Shown: piece by piece, positions 1 to 9,730 of the stretch
Position numbering within the stretch: position 1 is the stretch's first letter
Layout of the letters: each line of letters opens with the position of its first letter
Assembly (NCBI GenBank): GCA_025457865.1
Contig: JALOTP010000016.1
Coordinates: 516-64,515 of the forward strand
DNA: 64,000 nucleotides
Reading direction: 5' to 3'
Origin: Thermoplasmatota archaeon
Lineage (GTDB): Archaea; Thermoplasmatota; Penumbrarchaeia; Penumbrarchaeales; Penumbrarchaeaceae
Notes under the pieces: generated by a model
The model's input: only the letters and a program-made list of their open reading frames with translations
What the model was told of the DNA's origin: nothing
Database searches by the model: none
Program-made: the position numbers and the translations under genes

Positions 1-3000
1 AGAATGACCGTTATGGTGGCATTGTCCGAGCCGGAGTTCCCTGAACCGTCCTTGACCGTGAGCGTGACTGAGTAATTCCCCGGTTCCGTGAAATTGAACG
101 AGACAACGGTCTCGTAAAGGGCCACCTCTCTATCCTTGAGATGGATCGTCCAGATCCAGTTGCTTATCACGACGTTGTCAGTTGAGTTCGTGCCGTTAAG
201 TATAACAACCGTTCCTTCAAATACTGTTTGGTCAGACCCAGCATCGGCAGTGGGCGGTGTGATGTCCCTCACCGTCACTGTAAGGTTGTCTGTACCAGTG
301 TTCCCTGCTGCATCCGCAACGGTCAGCGTTATCTCAAAAACACCCGGATCATCGAAAACGTATGTCGGAGTTGGACCGTACAATACACGTTCCATCTTAT
401 CAAAGAAAATCCATCTGGACTCCGCTATACCTACATTGTCCTCGCTGCCTGAGCTGTTGAAGACCACCTCAGTTCCTTCTGGAACGGTCAGGTCCTTTCC
501 CGCGTTCGCAATGGGTAGCGTTATGTCGTCTATCGAAATATTGACGGTCTTGATGTCCCAGTTCCGGGCAAGGTCCAGCGCTTTCAGTGTGATGAAATGA
601 TCCCCGGGATCCAAAAAGGTATGATATACCCTCTCTCCGTGAAGGGTCGCCGAGCGAACGGGTCCGTCGATCATCCATATCCAATCTGTTATCCCTATGT
701 TGTCATACGATCTGGAACCGTCCAGCAAGATGCTCTCATCCTCATTGTAATAGGAGTTCATCGAAAACTCTGCTGTGGGTGATATGATATCTATTACGGC
801 TACGGACCCGGATAGGTTCGCCCAGTTTCCCTCAGGATCGCATGCATGAAAGCAGTAATTGATTGTATCAGTTGAGTTCAGAGGAACGGTCAATTCATGG
901 GTGAAGATGTTAGAGCCTACCAAACTGATGTTCATCCTAACATCTGCATTGGTCCAGTATTCGACATATACCGAAGATACAGCCATGTTGTCTTGGACCT
1001 CGACTGTAAATGTCAGTTCCTCCCCTGTCCCTATCTGGTTGAGTGTAAGGTCCCGGATGAAGACTGGTGGGAACAGGTCGAATACGTCCACTCGTTTCTC
1101 GATTGTGGAATTCCAGTTGGAAGAGTTGTCAACCACCGAGAACCTGTAGAAGAGTTCGGAATAGTTCAGCGGTATCTCGATATCCAAAAAGAAATTTTCC
1201 TTGGAAAGGGACATGGTTGAATTGTATCCAAATTCAATTCCGAACCGATACTCGACATGCACAGATGATATGGCAATGTTATCGGAAACGGAAACAATGA
1301 ACTTGAACGGTTCTCCGGTGGATGCATTTGAAGGTGTCAGGTCGGATATGAACTCCGGTCCGTCATTATCTTTGACCGGCACGGTCTTCTCAGTTGTATT
1401 TGCCCAGTTCCCCGCAAGGTCCCTTGCACGGAATATGTAATAGAGCGGTTCGATGGAATGTGTTGGTATGATGATGTCATATAGATAAGGCCCTGTCCCA
1501 CTCATGGAGCGATTGATGATGGTTCCATTCCCGAACCGGAACTGGACATAGACCACTGATACCCCAACATAGTCAGTGACTTCGATCTCGAAACCGAACC
1601 TGTCCCCAGTGGTGGCGTTCCCATCGCTTAGGTCTTGTCCGAAGACAGGCTTGATATTATCATTTGTCATGTTCAACTTCAATACAAAAACATCAAAAGC
1701 ACCATTATGGGTTGTATCATAAGCTCCATCTGTAACCGGAAAGAGATTGGGATCATAAAAAGTGTCTCCAACAACATATACAAATCGGTCATTATCTACA
1801 ACAATACCATAACCGCCATCACGTTTTCCTCCCCCTAAGTATGTTGAATATTCTAATTCAGACCCATTAGCACTTAATTTTAAAGCATATGCTTCGATAT
1901 CCCCGTTATATGAAACATCATCTGCACCTTTTGTGACTGGAAAATCAATGCTTACAGTTTCTCCAGTAATATAGGCATTTGCATCCGGGTCAAGAGATAT
2001 TCCATTGCCTTGTTCTTGGTCATTTCCACCTATTAAGGTCGAATAGATCAAATACGAGCCCGTTTTATCGAGCTTTGTCACGAATATATCCAAATAACCA
2101 TTAAAGGTCGTATCGTATGCTCCTTCTGTTGTTGGAAAATCACCGTATGCTTCGAAATATTGTCCTGTACTACCAGTAATATAAACATCATTTTTTTGAT
2201 CTAAAGTAATAGCGCGACTCAGATCATGATCTTTTCCTCCTATGAAAGTGGAGAATATCAAGTTTATACCAAAAGGATCAAATTTAGATACAAATACATC
2301 CATTAAACCATTATAAGTTGTGTCAAATGAGCCAGAAGTAACAGGAAAGTTCCAGCTTTCTGTGAACCCTGTCAGGTAAATATTTTTATTTTGATCCAAA
2401 GTCACAGAAGTACTATAATCCATTTTAGTACCTCCGATAAATGTAGAAAATAATAGAAAAGAACCATTGGAATCGAGTTTTGTCAAGAAAGCATCCATCC
2501 AATTACCATTATATGTGTTATCATATGCGTTATTAGAGACAGGATAATTCGATGAATTTGTATTACCGGTAATAATAATATTTTCAGAAGTATCAATTGC
2601 GATACCCTTGCCATAATCACTTCCTTTTCCCCCTAAATACGTTGATAAGATAATTGATGAACCCGTGTTGTTAATTTTTATAATAAAAGCATCAAAATCA
2701 CCATTTTGGGTCGTATCAAATGATCCATTAATCATAGGAAAGTCTTTACTTTTTATAAAACCTGTAACATAAGAACAACCATTAGTATCAATTGTTATAG
2801 ATAAACCGCAATCATAATCATTTCCACCGATATAGGTGGAATAAACAAGTGAGGATCCCGTAGGGTCAAGTTTTGTAATAAAAACATCACCAATTCCATA
2901 ATTAAAGGTCCGGTCAAATGCTCCTATTGATGTAGGATAATCAGTCTCGGCATATCCTGTAGTAAAGATGTTCCCGTCTTTATCTAAAGCTATAGCAGTT

Positions 3001-3863
3001 CCTCCATCTTCATCACATCCGCCGATGAACGTTGAATAGATCAGGGGGTCTATCACAACCTCTCTCTCTCGGTCATAATTATTCAATGAAAAAGAGTAAA
3101 CATCTTGCGTAATCAAGGAAAAGGTGCATTTTATATTAGACATAGTGTTATCGTTATAATAGGCATAGATCCCAGAATCTATAATATCCCAATATTTTGT
3201 TCTTATCAAGAGATCCCCTTTATCAGTCAATGATAATGATTCATGGCCTTCTATCTTGATCCTGATATTATTTGGGTCAGCCCCTGGGTTAAGTATGATG
3301 TCATACTTAATACCATTTTGATCATAATAATAATAAAAATCTATATTATTCCACAGATCCTTATATTCAATTTTTTTATAATTTGGGACATTCCTATGCC
3401 ATTTTTCCGAAACATTCCCTATAAAAAAATTTGTATTCCAATCACATCGCTCCATACCTGTAGGAATAATATTATTCGAACCGATGAAAGAATATTTTAT
3501 TACCACTCCCAATTCGTGAAGGGATTTGTTAGTATCTATACGAGGATTGAAAAGGAAATCCGGATCATAAACATTTTTTTTACATTGTTCGACCTCTCTG
3601 GATCTATAGAACATGCTATTGGGCGTGAAGTATAGATTTCCTCCCCCAGAATAATAAAGTATCTCACTAGAGTTCAACTGACCCTCATTTCGAATAAAAT
3701 TACTTCTTGATAAAGATTCAGCTTTATCTCTATAATTAATTATTGAATCCTCAGACTCTTTATTTATGCTGGTTGCATAAAATGCAGAAAAAAGGAGCAT
3801 AGCTATTGGAAAAAATGACGTGAAAAAAAAAATTGGCGAGTGATACAACTTTTCATTCTTCAT
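1..3863 (-). CDS. SBBP beta-propeller / PKD-domain cell-surface protein, paralog of 4511..8662. Partial: the 3' end runs off the window.
   Basis: It is absent from the ORF track because no stop lies inside the window. The ATG at 3863-3861 gives MKNEKLYHSPIFFFTSFFPIAMLLFSAFYA..., a hydrophobic signal or anchor. The following ...SNFIRNEGQLNSSEILYYSGGGNLYFTPNSMFY... is colinear with the neighbour's ...SYFIQNIDQLDEDILYYSVEGNIYFSSNCVYY.... The codon at 8-6 (inside NSGSDNATITV, matching NSGSDNVTVTV of the neighbour) is in the same phase as the ATG at 3863. The track reports no minus-strand ORF fragment in that phase in between (its only minus-strand entry here, 469..684, is in another phase), so the frame appears open throughout. 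I did not translate every codon. Confidence 0.75.
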   Translation of the reverse strand, partial: MKNEKLYHSPIFFFTSFFPIAMLLFSAFYATSINKESEDSIINYRDKAESLSRSNFIRNEGQLNSSEILYYSGGGNLYFTPNSMFYRSREVEQCKKNVYDPDFLFNPRIDTNKSLHELGVVIKYSFIGSNNIIPTGMERCDWNTNFFIGNVSEKWHRNVPNYKKIEYKDLWNNIDFYYYYDQNGIKYDIILNPGADPNNIRIKIEGHESLSLTDKGDLLIRTKYWDIIDSGIYAYYNDNTMSNIKCTFSLITQDVYSFSLNNYDREREVVIDPLIYSTFIGGCDEDGGTAIALDKDGNIFTTGYAETDYPTSIGAFDRTFNYGIGDVFITKLDPTGSSLVYSTYIGGNDYDCGLSITIDTNGCSYVTGFIKSKDFPMINGSFDTTQNGDFDAFIIKINNTGSSIILSTYLGGKGSDYGKGIAIDTSENIIITGNTNSSNYPVSNNAYDNTYNGNWMDAFLTKLDSNGSFLLFSTFIGGTKMDYSTSVTLDQNKNIYLTGFTESWNFPVTSGSFDTTYNGLMDVFVSKFDPFGINLIFSTFIGGKDHDLSRAITLDQKNDVYITGSTGQYFEAYGDFPTTEGAYDTTFNGYLDIFVTKLDKTGSYLIYSTLIGGNDQEQGNGISLDPDANAYITGETVSIDFPVTKGADDVSYNGDIEAYALKLSANGSELEYSTYLGGGKRDGGYGIVVDNDRFVYVVGDTFYDPNLFPVTDGAYDTTHNGAFDVFVLKLNMTNDNIKPVFGQDLSDGNATTGDRFGFEIEVTDYVGVSVVYVQFRFGNGTIINRSMSGTGPYLYDIIIPTHSIEPLYYIFRARDLAGNWANTTEKTVPVKDNDGPEFISDLTPSNASTGEPFKFIVSVSDNIAISSVHVEYRFGIEFGYNSTMSLSKENFFLDIEIPLNYSELFYRFSVVDNSSNWNSTIEKRVDVFDLFPPVFIRDLTLNQIGTGEELTFTVEVQDNMAVSSVYVEYWTNADVRMNISLVGSNIFTHELTVPLNSTDTINYCFHACDPEGNWANLSGSVAVIDIISPTAEFSMNSYYNEDESILLDGSRSYDNIGITDWIWMIDGPVRSATLHGERVYHTFLDPGDHFITLKALDLARNWDIKTVNISIDDITLPIANAGKDLTVPEGTEVVFNSSGSEDNVGIAESRWIFFDKMERVLYGPTPTYVFDDPGVFEITLTVADAAGNTGTDNLTVTVRDITPPTADAGSDQTVFEGTVVILNGTNSTDNVVISNWIWTIHLKDREVALYETVVSFNFTEPGNYSVTLTVKDGSGNSGSDNATITVI

Positions 3864-3885
3864 AGTATCACGTTTATTAGCTCAA

Positions 3886-4377
3886 CTAAATGCAATTTAT
3901 AGTGAACGTTCCAGAGGTCCAGGCTGTAGCAATATTTGTATTTACAATAGTATATACATAGAAATCAACATAAATTGTTGAAGATTTTGAAACACCATTG
4001 TATGTATGTGTGGGTGTATCGAGATCAGATCCTGGATTAGTAATATTTTGCCAAGCGGAGGCATAAGCCTTTACTTGAGTAGGGCTATTAACAACATAAT
4101 ACGTCAGGTTCCAATATTGACACCCGCTGGTCGCTCCTGGCCAATTGAGGCCAAATAAAATATCGACAATCACATGAACATTATCTTGACCGTTTTGTGC
4201 TACAATTATTGCTTGGGTCAAAGTCGGAGGATTGATCGTGTATGTTATCGTCGCTGGCCCAGCATTGGTATTTATTGAATGTGTTGCCGGAACTTCAGCC
4301 GCATCCACATAAATAGGTATGAGAACCGTAATGCATAACAAAGGAAACACCATTCCTATCACAACTTTTCCCATCAT
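3886..4377 (-). CDS. Small secreted protein of unknown function (163 aa), paralog of 8653..9165
   Basis: The N-terminus is hydrophobic (MMGKVVIGMVFPLLCITVLIPIYVDA). It aligns by eye with the 170-aa ORF: QAIIVAQNGQDNVHVIVDILFGLNWPGA..YWNLTYY versus QSVIVTAGDNVRVCVDLTLSMNFTGA..FWNITFY. Both end in (T/V)INCI. It sits 22 nt upstream of the SBBP gene start on the same strand. Confidence 0.6.
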   Translation of the reverse strand: MMGKVVIGMVFPLLCITVLIPIYVDAAEVPATHSINTNAGPATITYTINPPTLTQAIIVAQNGQDNVHVIVDILFGLNWPGATSGCQYWNLTYYVVNSPTQVKAYASAWQNITNPGSDLDTPTHTYNGVSKSSTIYVDFYVYTIVNTNIATAWTSGTFTINCI

Positions 4378-4510
4378 TTAATACCACCAACCCCCAATAT
4401 TATACTAATTATATAAAATCTATTATTAAATGAGTCATAAATAGGTCCAGAATGAATGGAAAAAAAAACATATTGATTTTCACTCCCTCTACTTATCCTC
4501 TTAGGTAGGA

Positions 4511-7500
4511 TTATTCGTCGGTTCTGTTTGATCCATTATCGCGAACATTAGCTTTAGTTCTTATCCGTATGACAAGGAAAAGGACCAATGAGCAGGTCAT
4601 GATGATGAGGAGCAGAAGGAAGACAAGCAAAAACCCGTATCTCGGTCCTGTCGCTCCATTATCATCATCGTGAGGAATATCCTTCGGTAGGACCGTTACG
4701 GTGACATTGTCCGAACCTGAGTTCCCTGAACCGTCCTTGACCGTGAGCGTGACAGTATAATTCCCCTGTTCCGTGAAATTGAACGAAACAACGGACCCGT
4801 AGAGGACGACATCTCTGTCTCCGAGATGAATGGTCCATATCCCGTTGCTTATCCCGACGTTGTCAGTTGAGTTCGTGCCGTTAAGTAATACAACTGTCCC
4901 TTCAAGGACCGTCTGGTCGGATCCGGCATCGGCAGTGGGCGGTGTTATGTCCATAACCGTAATTGTAATGTTATCCGTTCCCCTGCTCCCTGCAGCATCC
5001 GTCACGGTCAGTACTATCTCGAATATACCCGGGTCCTTGAAGATGTATGTTGGGACCGGACCGTACAATACTCTATCTATTCCATCAACGAAATCCCATC
5101 TGAATTCAATTATTCCGACGTTGTCCTCACTTACGGAAGCATTGAATGTGACCTCGGTATCCTCCGGAGCGACCAGGTCCTTTCCTGCTCTAGCAATGGG
5201 CGGTGTTATGTCATTTATATTTATTTTCATGGTCTTTATGTCCCAGTTACCTGCAAGGTCGGTCACCTTGAGTGAGACATCGTACCCTCCGGGGTTGAAG
5301 AATGTATGATCTGCTGTCTGTCCACTTCGGGTCGCCGAATATGATGCCCCATCTATGAACCATGTCCAATCCACGAGCCCTATGTTGTCGTATGAAAGGG
5401 AACCGTCCAATGTCACGACCTTATCCTCATTGTAATCACTTTTCATAACGAACTCCGCTTTGGGGGGGATGGTATCCACGACCGTTACGGAACCATAAAG
5501 GCTCGCCAGATTGCCTTGCATGTCGGATGCGTTGAAGCAGTATTGTATCGGTTCCGTGGAGTTGGTGGGAACGCTAAGTTGATGTTCGAACATATTTGTA
5601 CCTGACATGCTGACATTCGTCCGTTCACCTGCCGTCCAGTATTCGACATATACTGAAGAAACTCCTATGTTGTCCTGGACCTCGACAGTAAACGTCAGTT
5701 CCTCCCCTGTCCCTATCTGGTTGAGTGTCAGGTCCCGGATGAAGACCGGTGGGAACAGGTCGAACACGTCCACTCGTTTCTCTGTCGTGGAATTCCAGTT
5801 GGAAGAGTTATCAACCACCGAGAACCTGTAGAAGAGTTCGGAATAGTTCCGCGGTATCTCGATATCCAAAAAGAAATTTTCCTTGGAAAGGGACATGGTT
5901 GAATTGTTTTTATCCTCTGATCCAAACCTATACTCGACCTGAACGGAAGATATGGCAATGTTATCGGATACGGAAACGATGAACTTGAACGGTTCTCCGG
6001 TGGATGCATTGGAAGGTGTCAGGTCGGACAGGAACTCCGGTCCGTCGTTGTCCTTGACCAAAACGGTCCTCTCTGTTGTATTTGCCCAATTCCCTACAAG
6101 GTCCCTTGCACGGAATATATAATGGAGCGATTCGGTGGAATGTGTTGATATGTTGATCTCGTATCGATAAGGTCCTGTACCGCTCATGGAACGATTGATG
6201 ATGGTCCCCTCCCCGAATCGGAATTGGACAAAAACACCCGAAATCCCAATATCGTCGGTTACTTCTGTTTTGAACTCGAACCTGTCCCCTGTCGTGGCAT
6301 TTTCATCGCTTAAGTCCTGTCCGAAGACAGGTTTGATGTTGTCAACAGTCGTGTTCAATTTTGTAATGATGACATCAGCCTCTCCATAGTGTAGGGTTTG
6401 ATAAGCACCTTCGGTCGTCGGGTATTGAACAACTTCATCATAGAACGAGAAACCGGTGATACATACTACATCATCATCTAATGCTATCCCTTTACCATCA
6501 TCACGTTTTCCCCCTCCAAGATAGGTTGAATATTCAAGGAAAGAACCCGATGAATTGAGCTTTGTCACGACAACGTCAATTCTACCATTAAATGTACTAT
6601 CCTCCGCTCCTTTCGTTATAGGATAATCATTGCTCTCGGTTATTCCTGTAATAAATGCATCTCCATTGTTGTTTACAATTATGTCCTCTCCCCCATCTTG
6701 ATTACTCCCGCCTATGAATGTAGAGAAGATCAGATCCGAACCGCTTGAATTGAGCTTAGTCACAAAGATGTCCAATCCTCCATTATAGGTCGTATCGTAT
6801 GCTCTTTCGGTCGTAGGGAAATCGCTATATGCCTCCGGAGAGTAGTCTCCGGTTTGACCTGTGATATATACCTTATTTTCCCGGTCCAATGATATTCCAT
6901 ATCCAAAATCATCATCATTGCCCCCGATGAAGGTCGAAAAGATCAAGAACGAACCATTCACATCGAACTTGGTAACAAATACATCCATATTTTCATTGAC
7001 ATTTAATATTGAATCGTAAGCATCTACGGTCGTAGGATAATCAAAGCTGCTGGTAAAACCTGTGATGCAAATGTTGTCGTGAGAATCCAAAGCTATCGCC
7101 ATAGCATAATCATTGGATGACCCGCCAACATAGGTTGAAAAAATTAAATTGGAACCGGTGCTATCGAGCTTCGTTACAAACGCGTCCATCCAGCGGCTAT
7201 CATCATTATATTTATCATCATAGGCATTTACTACTGGATAGTTGGATGAATTCGTAAAACCCGTTATGATGATATTTCTAAAAGGATCTATTGTTATCCC
7301 CCCAGATGAATCCCTGCATTTCCCCCCGATAAAAGTTGAAAATATCAGGGATGACCCTGTTGGGTCCAGCTTTGTAACGAACGCATCGTAATCGCCATTG
7401 TGCAGAGTATCATATGCTCCTGCGGTGACGGGATAGTCATTGCTTTGTGTGTCACCGGTTACGTATGTACAGCCGTCTGGATAGATCGAGATAGAACTGC

Positions 7501-8662
7501 CAAAATCGTATCTACTTCCTCCCAGGAACGTAGAATAGACCAGGGAGGACCCCGCAGCATCCATTTTTGTGACCATCACATCGTAACCACCATTGCTTAT
7601 ATGGTCGAACGCTCCTGCGGTAGTTGGATAATCGATCTGGCTATCCTCACTATAGCCTGTTATGTACATATTTTCATCTTTATCTAAAACGATTGAATAT
7701 CCACAATCTTCACCATTTCCACCTATGAATGTCGAATAAATGAAAGGGTCTATTACCACTTTCCTTGAGACATCATAAGAGCCAAGGTCGAATCCGAACA
7801 CATCTCTCTCAATTAATATAAAATCGCTCTGGATACTTCCATTTGGTTCGTCTGAGTAGAATGATATCAATTTTGAGTCACGTACCTCACCTAAAGCTGT
7901 CTCAATTAGTAGATCACCATTCTTGTCAATACCGATATTCAATTGGCCTTCGACCCGTATCCTGATTTCTGAGGGGTCCGCTCCGGGTTTTAATATCAGG
8001 TCGTACTTGATGGTGCCTTCATTTATGCGATATATCAGGTCGATCCCGTCCCATAGATCGAAATAAACAATTTCAAAATAGTTGGGAACGTTCGTATACC
8101 ATTTCTCCGGATCGTTACCCTTGAAGTAATTCGTATTCCAGGAGCATCTTTCCTTACCGACCGGGGCCACTGGATTGCATCCGGTAAAATAATATTTCAG
8201 GACAACTCCCCGTTCATGAAAGAACATAGGGATATTCTCTCTTGGACCAAAGGCCTCATTGGAAGTTGTCTCATCCGGGTCGTACGGTTCTTTAATAGAA
8301 TATACGTAATATACGCAATTTGAAGAAAAGTAAATATTTCCCTCAACCGAATAATAGAGGATGTCCTCATCGAGCTGATCGATGTTTTGAATAAAGTAAC
8401 TAGATCTTAAAGAGGCAGCTTTCTCTAGAAAATGACCATTCAATGAACGATCGATAACCTTGTTTTCAACATTTCTAACACCTGCAGTATATTGGGGATG
8501 GAAAAATATCATAGACAAGAGAATGATCGAACACCCTGCCATCAGGTAACAGGACCTTCTTCGGACAATCATCATATCGCTAATCCAATTAGAGAGTGCG
8601 GTCTCCAGACATGTCCATTCACCTTTTCGTTCTATTGTGTCAAGGTTGTTTTTCAAATACAA
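4511..8662 (-). CDS. Large cell-surface protein: N-terminal domain typical of SBBP proteins, about 8 SBBP beta-propeller repeats, three Ig-like repeats, three PKD domains and a C-terminal TM anchor
   Basis: It has a recurrent SBBP-type repeat (YSTF(I/L)GGxxxDxGxxIxxDxxxNxYITGxTxSxDYPTTxGAYDxxxNGxxDAFVTKLxxxGSxLxFSTFIGG). It has PKD-like segments (LDGSLSYDNIGLVDWTWF...YDVSLKVTDLAGNW; FNASVSEDNVGIIEFRWDF...IVLTVTDAAG). A hydrophobic stretch GFLLVFLLLLIIMTCSLVLFLVIRIR lies near the C-terminus. The true start may be the MM at about 8575 (MMIVRRRSCYLMAGCSIILLSMIFF). Confidence 0.9.
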   Translation of the reverse strand: MYLKNNLDTIERKGEWTCLETALSNWISDMMIVRRRSCYLMAGCSIILLSMIFFHPQYTAGVRNVENKVIDRSLNGHFLEKAASLRSSYFIQNIDQLDEDILYYSVEGNIYFSSNCVYYVYSIKEPYDPDETTSNEAFGPRENIPMFFHERGVVLKYYFTGCNPVAPVGKERCSWNTNYFKGNDPEKWYTNVPNYFEIVYFDLWDGIDLIYRINEGTIKYDLILKPGADPSEIRIRVEGQLNIGIDKNGDLLIETALGEVRDSKLISFYSDEPNGSIQSDFILIERDVFGFDLGSYDVSRKVVIDPFIYSTFIGGNGEDCGYSIVLDKDENMYITGYSEDSQIDYPTTAGAFDHISNGGYDVMVTKMDAAGSSLVYSTFLGGSRYDFGSSISIYPDGCTYVTGDTQSNDYPVTAGAYDTLHNGDYDAFVTKLDPTGSSLIFSTFIGGKCRDSSGGITIDPFRNIIITGFTNSSNYPVVNAYDDKYNDDSRWMDAFVTKLDSTGSNLIFSTYVGGSSNDYAMAIALDSHDNICITGFTSSFDYPTTVDAYDSILNVNENMDVFVTKFDVNGSFLIFSTFIGGNDDDFGYGISLDRENKVYITGQTGDYSPEAYSDFPTTERAYDTTYNGGLDIFVTKLNSSGSDLIFSTFIGGSNQDGGEDIIVNNNGDAFITGITESNDYPITKGAEDSTFNGRIDVVVTKLNSSGSFLEYSTYLGGGKRDDGKGIALDDDVVCITGFSFYDEVVQYPTTEGAYQTLHYGEADVIITKLNTTVDNIKPVFGQDLSDENATTGDRFEFKTEVTDDIGISGVFVQFRFGEGTIINRSMSGTGPYRYEINISTHSTESLHYIFRARDLVGNWANTTERTVLVKDNDGPEFLSDLTPSNASTGEPFKFIVSVSDNIAISSVQVEYRFGSEDKNNSTMSLSKENFFLDIEIPRNYSELFYRFSVVDNSSNWNSTTEKRVDVFDLFPPVFIRDLTLNQIGTGEELTFTVEVQDNIGVSSVYVEYWTAGERTNVSMSGTNMFEHQLSVPTNSTEPIQYCFNASDMQGNLASLYGSVTVVDTIPPKAEFVMKSDYNEDKVVTLDGSLSYDNIGLVDWTWFIDGASYSATRSGQTADHTFFNPGGYDVSLKVTDLAGNWDIKTMKININDITPPIARAGKDLVAPEDTEVTFNASVSEDNVGIIEFRWDFVDGIDRVLYGPVPTYIFKDPGIFEIVLTVTDAAGSRGTDNITITVMDITPPTADAGSDQTVLEGTVVLLNGTNSTDNVGISNGIWTIHLGDRDVVLYGSVVSFNFTEQGNYTVTLTVKDGSGNSGSDNVTVTVLPKDIPHDDDNGATGPRYGFLLVFLLLLIIMTCSLVLFLVIRIRTKANVRDNGSNRTDE

Positions 8663-9165
8663 TTTATTACAAACGTTGTAAATGACGAGCCATTAGCAAG
8701 TTCTACGATTGGCGACCCCCCATAGCAGTGAACATCACTAGAAACATCCACTGTTATCGTGTCACCTTTTTGGACTGAGGTATAGAGGTAATTTTTCATA
8801 TCGTGGTCGTTGCCAAGAGTGCCGTTAACCCTCAATGTTCCCGAAGGGGTATAGACTGCAATATTATTGGTATTTATTTGATAAAAAGTTATGTTCCAAA
8901 ATCCATAAGTGACCATAGCTCCCGTAAAGTTCATTGAAAGCGTTAGATCGACACATACACGTACATTATCGCCTGCGGTGACAATTACTGATTGAGACGG
9001 GGGTGATGAGGGGCAGGTATCGAATGTGACACCGGAATTCTGGACATGTGAATTGACAGCGATATTAGATGGAACCAGAGCAGCACTTACATGTGTCATC
9101 ATCATCATAGTGATGGCTGACAGGATTATTACCATTCCATTTTGCACTGCTATCTTACTTATCAT
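8653..9165 (-). CDS. Small secreted protein of unknown function (170 aa), paralog of 3886..4377
   Basis: It has a hydrophobic N-terminus (GMVIILSAITMMMMTHVSA) and the same C-terminal FVINCI ending. It overlaps the longest ORF of the downstream SBBP gene by 10 nt. Confidence 0.6.
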   Translation of the reverse strand: MISKIAVQNGMVIILSAITMMMMTHVSAALVPSNIAVNSHVQNSGVTFDTCPSSPPSQSVIVTAGDNVRVCVDLTLSMNFTGAMVTYGFWNITFYQINTNNIAVYTPSGTLRVNGTLGNDHDMKNYLYTSVQKGDTITVDVSSDVHCYGGSPIVELANGSSFTTFVINCI

Positions 9166-9730
9166 ATTTTCTTCTCCTAACCTTTCTGGGACATTAAGGG
9201 CATTAACCTCAGTGTATTTATATTATTCCAACTCACAGTATGTGGTATGTAAATATTGTACCTCTGAGTAAAAAAGGTATTGTAAGTTGTCACTCTACTC
9301 ACCTTACCCTTATCACTAAAGAAAACCCCCTTAAAAGCTATGGTTTACAACATAATATGAAGAACATCAATGAGAGTAGAGCAGTTGCCGATTCATTCCA
9401 TTAAGGAGAAACAACCCTCAAACGAATGGGAAGCTTTAGCGGTTCTGGCTTGAGTATGAAAGACAAGGTTGGAGGTTCGGCTCGTTGGATGAGTTCATCG
9501 GTTGGTATGATCGTCGATTGCATGGTGCATAATGGGTGGAGATGGGTGAATGTCCTGGTGATGCGGTTTATAGAAAGAACTAGCCTGAAAGCATATTAGG
9601 TCTGTTATGGGGGATGGTTAGATGAACGAACCCTATCTGCGAAATAATATCTGTGCTCTACATTATTCACATTGAGGTGAAAGATGGAAATAGGACGTTG
9701 CGTTGGTCTTTTTAGGCTCTACCGCAGCGT

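Larger units (their letters stand above)
1..9300. other. Lower-GC surface-protein island 1; the left edge lies beyond the window
   Basis: Hand counts on single 60-nt lines gave 28% GC at 2401 and 43% at 7081, against 57-58% in core lines. It contains only the duplicated two-gene cassette. The composition rises to core level around 9.3-9.7 kb. Confidence 0.55.

Noticed and set aside
136-1440. Several + strand ORFs of 61-154 aa here, and their near-copies at 4830-6389
   Set aside because: They lie antisense to the PKD/Ig-like regions of the two SBBP genes. They are duplicated only because the sense genes are, and they are S/V/P-rich shadow translations.
4511-4700. PGF-CTERM/archaeosortase-type sorting signals at the C-termini of the large surface proteins
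   Set aside because: The C-terminal anchors at 4511.., 28824..31568, 32590.. and 58248.. are plain TM helices with basic, acidic or zinc-ribbon tails. I saw no PGF motif.
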